DNA of 57,633 nt, the filler included, from Sphacelaria rigidula (Eukaryota): the NCBI GenBank assembly GCA_964200075.2. It is 7 parts of 7 records of this genome, joined end to end, with 100 filler letters (N's around TTAATTAATTAA, not from the genome) between each part and the next. Parts side by side here need not be neighbours in the genome. Positions count along the whole stretch, not along the records: positions 49,488 to 57,633 come from CAXNAA020012127.1; 6 more parts are not named here. One strand, given 5' to 3'. The translations under genes and the position numbers were made by a program. The notes beneath the pieces were generated by a model that had not been told where the DNA came from, did not search any database, and worked only from the letters and a program-made list of their open reading frames with translations. Shown piece after piece: positions 49,778 to 57,633 of this stretch; within the stretch, counting starts at the first letter, position 1, and each line of letters starts with the position of its first letter.

Positions 49778-50030
49778 GAGTCATCCCACAATAGGGGGGG
49801 GGGGGTATTTTGGGCCACTTTTTGCACGAAATTCCAAGCCAAATCGTCCTTGAAAGGAGCAACGGTTGCTCGAACGAGCTTGTTATAGATATACAACGCT
49901 CGTTCATACCAATTGACACCGTTTTGAACCAAATACAAGCGCACCGCGAGTGTGGCAGATCGTCCGACACACCTCTGAGCCTCTTTTTTCGTGCAATCAA
50001 ATCCCCCCCCCCCCTATCGTGGGATGACTC
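49778..50030. mobile_element. 253-bp MITE with TIR GAGTCATCCCACRATAG(G)n and 4-bp TSD CGAA
   Basis: CGAA at 49774-49777 and 50031-50034. Excision restores the Gypsy frame SFMRFNKR|TYRTLPP. Confidence 0.88.
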
Positions 50031-50616
50031 CGAACCTACCGCACGCTTCCACCACCATCGCCACCCTCCACGCCTGGTGGAGAATTCAACCTTGAACACT
50101 CTGGTACACTGCACGGCGCTCTGGCCTACCAAAATAATACTCAAGCAACCAACCGTAGCTGCTAGCACCTACGATACAACGGTGGTGTTGGTATTACACT
50201 CTCCGACGATCTTCAACTTTTAGAAGTCGCACTAGTTCGCCGAAATGGCATGTCAGCCCTTACGGGTCATTATCTTGCCGAAATGTTACCCCGTATTGGC
50301 GCACCAGCCGACACAGAACATGTTGTCTCGGCAGGACAACAATTCCTCCCTCTTACGGGTCATGCTAACTTGGGATCCGGCAATATTTTAGGAATCGCCG
50401 CTGCTCCCCTGATGCACATCCTACTCGAGACGTGCGTAATAGAGCCTGCCGAGCCCAACGCAACATCTCCGACGGAGTCAGTCCATTGCGCCGGTGAACC
50501 ATATTTCGATCTCGCCTCTGCGACTCCACCCCAGGTCCACGCCGTGGATCCTGCCCAGTCAAATTCCGATCCTCCTGCTGAAGTGCCTCAACGCTTATCA
50601 TCAGATACTCGGAATA

Positions 50617-53329
50617 CCGTAAAAGTGCGAGAGATGGCACCGGTCGGGAAGATAGCACCGGTCGGGGAGCTGCGCAAAAAAAGTGGAAATGGCATGATTT
50701 AATTGTATTTTCGCACCGGGGTCGGTATGATCGCACCGGGGTGTGATCTTACCGACCCGGAACCCAATTTTGAGGGTTCCGCGGGTGGAGCAGGGCCGCT
50801 CATGAGCTGCTGCATGTACGCACATGGGTACCTTTCGGAGGTTTTGAAGGCTGCCACTGTTAGAGGTGCTAATCTGGGCGAAAAAATATAGGAAGTTTTT
50901 GCAAAAAGTGTCCGGGATCTTCCTGGCGAAAAATCGCATAAGCCAATGAGATGGGAATGATACGCCCAGTCGATCGGCGAAGAAGCGAATGGGCCGCTCG
51001 GTCGGTTGGGAAAAGAAGCGCAAAAGGCCATCTGCACCCATGACACCCACAAGTCACTGCTGCATTGCATCGCCGGTACGGTCTGTTCATCATTCATTTC
51101 ACGTCGAAACTGTGACAATGCAACACAGATGACCAGCCCTGGGGGTGCCCCTCTATATAGGTCGAGACACAGCCAATCGAAAACACACAGTAGAGTACAG
51201 CAGTGGAACGCTCCATTTTACAGTACAGTGTTGTCTTCTCTCTCCCACCCGTTGCGCTCTTTCCGTTCGTCTATGGGTATCACCAAGGATCAGACTACAC
51301 CAAAGTCTCCGACACCGTTATTCCTTCCTGCGTCCAGTTGCAGAAAAGGTTTTTGGGCTGTGGTGGGTATTCATTTTCGAAGTAAAAAGTTCTCCCATAA
51401 CAAACACAACTGGCCCATCATGAGGTGGTTGCTCTCTGTGTAAATAGACGAAGCCGAAGAGCACCGTGCAGCACAGTGCAATCAGCACAGCGCAGCGCAG
51501 TACAGTACAATGCTATTTTCTCTGTGCCCCCCGCCGCATTTCTCCCTTCTGCTATAGGAATCGTCGAGTATCGGATTACTCCTTTGGAGATCGTCACTCT
51601 TGCTGCCCGCCCTTAAAGTGACGCTCGATCGCCAGGATGATGTCTTGTGTCCATTTTCCAAGTCAGAATATCTTGGGATGGTCGCCTCTTCCCACAAATA
51701 ATCGGCTCTAAAGTTGAACTCTCCGACCCCCTCTGTTTAGGTCATTTGGGTTTTGCACTCATTTTTCAAGTGAAAAGTAAGCCGATACGACATATGCCTG
51801 ATCCTGGGTTGACATTTGTCGGTGTATTTCCAATGTACAAGCTCAAGTCGCAACGGACGGAGGCTGTAGATGCGGTACGGCGAACATGGCGGTACCAACA
51901 CAATCAACACCACAGATAAAGAGGAGAGCACTATTCGGTCACCATGATGTTGTCTGCTCCAGTTCACGCAATGCTTTTTATACCTTGGGTTCCTTATGCG
52001 GCTGTGTACCCAAGCGGCGAGGCTTTCCTCAGCAGAAGATGTCTGAGGGTATTATATTCGCACATGCGTACGCCCTGAAGTAAAGTTACTCCGCGACCGA
52101 TTCAGATCTCAACCCCGACGTTTCTCCCCGAGCCCGTTCTGGCTGTGATTATTTTTTCACTTGAATTTGTTGGGGATGGTGCGTTGCCCAGGACATACTC
52201 CATCGATTGATAAGTTTAATCCGGGCGGTTCTCCACGGTTACGTGTGCGATTCGAGTGCCGATTGTTGCGTTGGGTGCTCCCAACCACATTGCATCACAC
52301 TGCAGTGGCCATTTCAGGGCACGTCCCGCGGTCAGACCAGTAAGCCGGAAATTTTATTCAAATGATATGTTTTTTTCAGGTTTAGAGAGTTCGCCTTCAA
52401 AGCAGGAGGACAAAGCTCCTGCTGTCGGGTGCGTATGGATGGTCAGCAACAGGATTTAGGGTGCGAACAGGGAGGGTGTTACCTGCGCGCGCGATCAACC
52501 CATCAAGAGATTGGATTGTAAAAGCAGTTGCATTTGGGCGGAGCATCCCAAGACATAAAAGGAAAAGGGGAATTTTTGTCTGTGGTCGTTGTGATTTCCT
52601 CGAACAGCCCGGACACGTTTTTCGCCCCGATTAGCATGTCTAACTGTCCTTTTCCGCCAAGAGTTCATCGACAGCTTCTTCTTCTCCTGTTGCCAACGGT
52701 TCCGCAGCCAACGGGCCCGCATCCGAAGCCGAAGCAGGAGCAGCAGTAGCAACATTGCCACTGGGCTGTGAGGAGGTGGTTTGGGCACCTGCGTCCTCTG
52801 ACATGGTTGGGTTGTGTGTGTGCTCTGCGGTACCACACAAAAAAAGTCGGCGGGACCTTGGCGGGAGATTCTTCTTTTTCCATATATTTCGCCGCCTTTT
52901 CTGGTTCGGGTTGTTGTGCGCGGTGTACAGCTAGCGGTGTAGATGTGTCTGGTGTGTGCTTCCTGTTTCTTCCCGTTATTACATCACACTTTTATCTGCT
53001 CGTACAACGGCACCGATGAGTTGCTGTAAGGCGGTATGGAGTGCGTGATGGTGCGAGAGATGGCACCGGGGTGCCCGCTTTTAGCACTGCTGTAGCATCA
53101 TCAGAATGTATGTAGGCCACGGATTGCATTTGTCTGGGCATCGCACCGGTCGGAGAGATGGCACTGGAGTGCGTTGAATAATCCAGAAAGAATCATTTAA
53201 TTGCATTTTGGCACCGGGATCGGGGAGATGGCACCGGTCGGGGAGATGGCACCGGGGTGTGAAAAAAATCCGAGAAAAAAACATTTAAAACATATATTGC
53301 ACCCGGTGCCATCTCTCGCACTTTTACGG
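50617..53329. mobile_element. 2713-bp TIR DNA transposon with TA TSD (Tc1/mariner-pogo-like ends), no intact transposase
   Basis: TA|CCGTAAAAGTGCGAGAGATGGCACCGG ... CCGGTGCCATCTCTCGCACTTTTACGG|TA, a 27-bp perfect TIR. Excision restores the pol frame SSDTRN|SFLQMWNQLPPH. Confidence 0.92.
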
Positions 53330-56300
53330 TAGTTTCTTGCAAATGTGGAACCAACTGCCGCCACACATGCGTGATATCAATTTTGACCTTCACGGGCCCG
53401 GCTGGAAACCAGCAGTCATCCGAAAACTCCGTGATGTCCTGCTACAGTACCAAGGTCGATTTTCCCGATCCAAGACGGATCTTGGGCACTGCAGAACGCT
53501 GCCCTTTGAGGTCACCCTCCAACCCGGCGTCTCGCCAATCTCTTCTCTCGACCATACCGGACGAACCCAATCCTTCCCAAGAAAGGTAATGCCATCTTGG
53601 ATGCATACTTGGGAGCCGGATTAACACAACATTTCTCCTCTCCTTAGGCCTCGCCACTTGTGGTCGTTCCCAAAAAGGATGGAAACATACGCATAACCGT
53701 GAATTACCAATGGTTGAACCGCATCACTGTGGTTGGTAAACTTCCAATCCCCCGCATTGATGAAGTCTTCGACTTCTTAGGCGAAGGGAAAATATTCAGC
53801 ACCTTCAACCTCGCTGCTGGAATTTTTCAGAACGCTGTTCACCCTAACACAGCCCCACTAGCAGCCGTTTGTACTTCGTCCGGGCTCTAGGAGTGACTTC
53901 GAATGCCACAAAGCGCTCCCACTGCTCCAGGATGCTTTCAACGCTTCATGCAACGCGTCACCGAGGGCCTCGAGCACATCATCATGTACCTATATGACGC
54001 TATCGCTTTCGATGCCTCACCTATTGCACACATCCGCTCTCTACGATAATTTCTCTCTCGCCTACGAACAGACGACTTGAAACTGTCTCCATCCAAAGCT
54101 TGCTGTGGTGCGACTGACTTGGATTTCTTGGGGCATTCCATTTCGCCACCAGGACCACATCCGGATACAAACAAAGTCAGGGCGATGCCTGACTTGCCGA
54201 TGTCAACTAACATCTCTCAACTTCGCTCATTGCTGGGCGGACTATCCTACTACCGCATTTTTTTTGCCGAACTTATCCAAACGGATTCGCCCCCTCACTG
54301 AGTTACAAAAAAAGTCTACCTTCACAACCGATATGGAGACAAATACCCGCGAATTGCGAAAGACGCTTACCGAAAAGCAGGTACTCTGCTTTTCTGATTG
54401 GGAGGCAGTACAAGATGACTCTCGCCTTTTCCAACTTCACACTGACGTCAGCACATACGGATTTGCAGGAGTTTTGAATCAACCTCAGGTTGATGACTCC
54501 GTTCGACCCATCCTCTACATCAGCCGCGCCATCCTGCCCAACGAGGCCAACTGGAGCTCGCTAGAATTGGAAGGCAGAGTAATCACCTGGACCATCAAGC
54601 GCCTTCGACAATATTTGTTCTATGAGCCCTTTGAGGTTTATATGGATCATGGGGCACTCTAACAACTCGCCAAGGTTAGCAGAGACAACCCGCGGTACAC
54701 CGATGGATGGAATTTTTAACAGTGTATCAGTATATCATCAAGCACCGTCCAGGCAAAACCAACGAGAACGCTGATCTTCTTTCTCGACTACCCCTGCCGC
54801 CTACGGCCGCAGATTCCAGCCCGGCTTGCCGTTTAACGGACCTCGATGAACCTGGAATTTATCCGATTAGATGTTTTTCACCGCCCGTTTATGCCCTCAA
54901 CCTTCAGTGGCCAGAAACTAGTATGCATATAGGAGGACCTCTCCCTCTACCATATGACGCCGTCTTGGGTGGATTAGCGCCCGCTACCTCCGATTTTGTC
55001 GATTTCCGCACTTTCGATACTCGCGCGAAGCTTCTGACGGAAAACACCTTCGGTCACCCACCTAATCTCCGACAACACGCGCTCCCGGTCTACCGCCCGC
55101 ACCACCCCCCCGAGTGCCCCGCCGCCATCGATAACACCTGCAAATTCCACGAGCTACGCAGCACCGGTCCTACGGATCAGCACGCAACGCTCCGCGAGAA
55201 CTCCTGCAACGTGCACCACGCGCCGCGGACAATCTTCGCCATGCACTGATACAGCCCCACCGCCCATAACGGCGCCACCAACATCTACCACTCCCGAGCA
55301 TGGAGCCGACGACTTCAATCCTGCTCCCGGGGAAGATATTGACGTCGGCATTTCTGCCCCGTCGCCTATTTTCCCGCTGCCTTCCCCACCATATTTGGTC
55401 GGCTCTCCAGTGGAAGGTCAACTGCGCGAGTTTCTCGCCATCTACTCTCACCGCGACTGGGCTCGTAAACTAAACGCGGAACCTTCATGTCGCGCAGCAA
55501 TCCGGTATTTACAGCTTGACTGTCCAGTCCCTTTTCCATCCGGCCTTCTGGCCACGGTTGGCACATTGCCACACCATATATCTCTGACGTATACGAACTC
55601 GTGCGTAAAGGCACCGTTTTAACTACGGATGAAGGCGTACAACTACTCGTGCGTCACCCCACACCTTTGACGGGCGCAATTTCCGTCTCAACCACGGGAC
55701 GCCACGCACGACTACTCGATGACGAACCGACGCGCATATATGTCCCATTATTATTGCGCCCCTGAGTCATGAAAGGCTGTCACACAGACTTGTCATGTCA
55801 CCTTGGCGTCACCCGCACCCTAGCGCTCTTGGAACGCTTCTACTGGTGGGTTGGCATGGAAATTTCCACCCGCTTCTGGATTCGGCGATACTTCAAATAC
55901 CAAGCTCGAAAAAATTCACGGCAGACAGAACGCTGGCCCGTCATCTCTACGGGACTCCCCAACTCTCCAGGCCACCTTGTGTCCTTTGAGTACTTTGGCC
56001 CTCTACCGACCACAGGTCGCGCAACACCTATATCTTACTCTTCACTGACCGCTTCAGTCGCCACGCGTCCATGTACGCGGTAACCGCTGCAGATTTCACT
56101 GCCGCCGGAACGGCCGACATATTGGTCCACGACTACATGAGGTACCACGGTTGCCCGAAACGACTCCTTTCAGACAATGGTCAGCACTTTTACTCAGATC
56201 TCTCTGATGAGCTTTAGAAGATCCTCGGCATCCGCAAAATGGCCACGAGCCCCTACCACTAGAACGGTAACGGTGGTACCGAAAGAGTTAATCACACCAA

Positions 56301-56671
56301 GGCCCAGATGCTCTCCATGGCCGTCAATAACCGATAAAATGACTGGGACCTACATCTCTCGCACATCATGTTGTCCTACAACAACTCGGTTAACGCCGCC
56401 ACAGGCCTTTCTCCGAAAGAACTCCATCTCAGGCGTTACCCTCGGCTGCCCATCACCGTGTTTGAGCGCCACACGTTCGATGGTCACGAAGGATTGGATC
56501 AGGATCAGATATCCTACCACGAGCTAGCGCATTCACGACAATGCGAAGCGTTTACCCTCGTGCGCGAACAACACGCTATCTGCACTTCGCGTCTTGAGAG
56601 ATCTAACACTGCTCTCGACTATCTCATGCACAAACGCCCCAACTGGAAATTTGGTGATTGGGTTTGGGTCT

Positions 56672-56920
56672 TGTGACGCCAGCAAGTGGAAGAACTGCTG
56701 GATCACTCCTGTTGAGGGACTCCCCAGTCCTTCTGGCCTAAGTTTCAGTTGTCAGCCTTTACAACATCTCATTATTCAGGAGTGCCCTCGTAAGCACAGT
56801 CTCCTAGACACGCCAGGGTATCAACCCAGTGTCCCCGGCCATTATCCATAACCATCACTACCAACGGTCATTATCCAGATCATCACTACCAACTCAACGT
56901 AAAGGCGTTATTTCGTCACA
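56672..56920 (-). repeat. 249-bp 3' LTR of a second Gypsy element
   Basis: Inverted termini TGTGACG...CGTCACA. On the minus strand it is preceded by a G-rich PPT-like TTTTGGGGGTGC. It interrupts the host integrase at GDWVWV. Confidence 0.8.
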
Positions 56921-57460
56921 GCACCCCCAAAACGCGTTGGACGAGAATAGATCAACAAGCTTGACACATAGACAACGCCAAAACAGTGAGTAAGTCACAA
57001 CTGAATACCAAACTCATTCGAAATGCGAGCAGTAACGGCACGAGTCACGCGCAATTTACGCAACTCTTTCGTAAGAAATTCCGGAGCGGCCTCATAAATA
57101 TCCTTGAAAGGCTCCCACGTACGCCCCTCGACTTCGAAACCAACCCAGTCAACCAACACGATCAACGAACGATCGTTTGCTTCTGCGACTCGGACAATGC
57201 CAGCCATCTGAAATTGCCCCTGATTGAAAGCATGCTGGAACACGTCCTTAACGTCAGCCGTAACATTAAGCTGCGAGTCCACATTAAAAACGAAAACGAG
57301 CTACATGGGCGGTCTGAACATGACCCGAAACGATGGTTTGAATCTCAAACACGTGCGGGTGGTAAGCACCAACCCCTCTTCATGGACCAGTCCACGTCGC
57401 CATCAACTTGGGCGTAACACCCGGACGATGCACGCGAGTGATGCTACGGTAGGGGTGCAG
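56921..57460 (-). mobile_element. 3' end of a chromodomain-bearing Ty3/Gypsy pol, antisense to the host element
   Basis: PKLMATWTGP (GPY/F region), HVARFRF, then the chromodomain FQMAGIVRV...VLVDWVGFEVEGRTWEPFKDIYEAAP, with stop at 56995. Confidence 0.85.
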
Positions 57461-57633
57461 AAATATTTTCTGAGGCTGGAATCGTTAGGAGCCCTTTATC
57501 TCATGCAAAACACGACCTACGAAAATATTTTTAAGTACGCCAGGATTACTTTTCCAGTGTGCTAGAGATATCCCGAATAAATTTGCAAACGGGGATGCCC
57601 TGATCCATATTTTCGTGCATCTAGAATCGTTAG

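Larger units (their letters stand above)
49562..56671 (+). mobile_element. Ty3/Gypsy LTR retrotransposon pol (protease end, RT, RNase H, integrase), pseudogenised and interrupted by nested elements
   Basis: AILLGRDS (protease); VVPKKDGNIRITVNY..PIPRIDE..YLYD (mutated YLDD)..DFLGHSIS..LRSLLGGLSYYR (RT); LHTDVSTYG..NWSSLELE..HRPGKTNENADLLSR (RNase H); CHLGVTRT..FYWW..YFGPLP..LLSDNG..NGGTERVN (integrase). Many stops and frameshifts. Confidence 0.93.

Noticed and set aside
53600..56400. RIP-like or editing-type hypermutation in the Gypsy pol (TGG to TAG/TGA, CAA to TAA)
   Set aside because: These transitions are the commonest ordinary route to stop codons. No context bias can be shown without a consensus alignment.

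Overview
This is not one contiguous locus. It is seven separate eukaryotic contigs (1-8148, 8249-16396, 16497-24644, 24745-32892, 32993-41140, 41241-49387, 49488-57633; lengths 8148 x5, 8147, 8146) joined by identical 100-nt artificial spacers (N44-TTAATTAATTAA-N44). This is a length-sorted concatenation, so nothing should be inferred from adjacency across spacers. The DNA looks like a repeat-rich, long-intron stramenopile genome, most likely a brown alga (inferred from the genes and repeat types). Most short ORFs in the ORF track are spurious. Four partial spliced host genes are supported: proteasome ATPase RPT4 (first 3 exons), flagellar CFAP57/WDR65 (4 coiled-coil exons), a type II membrane exostosin/GT47-like glycosyltransferase (5 exons) and an unidentified gene (3-4 small exons). 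The rest is mostly decayed mobile DNA: a tyrosine-recombinase (DIRS/Ngaro-type) retrotransposon, two RTE-type LINEs (one with a 5' inversion), a Ty3/Gypsy pol carrying three nested insertions with clean junctions, a Copia relic, a probable EnSpm/CACTA-like relic, a possible Polinton relic, MITEs, SINEs and an unclassified modular repeat. I found no intact novel multi-gene system. The best lead is the modular repeat: its ~75-bp terminal modules occur solo and head-to-tail, and one target site resembles the element's own end-to-start junction. Protein-family calls on the degenerate elements come from motif recall, not database searches.
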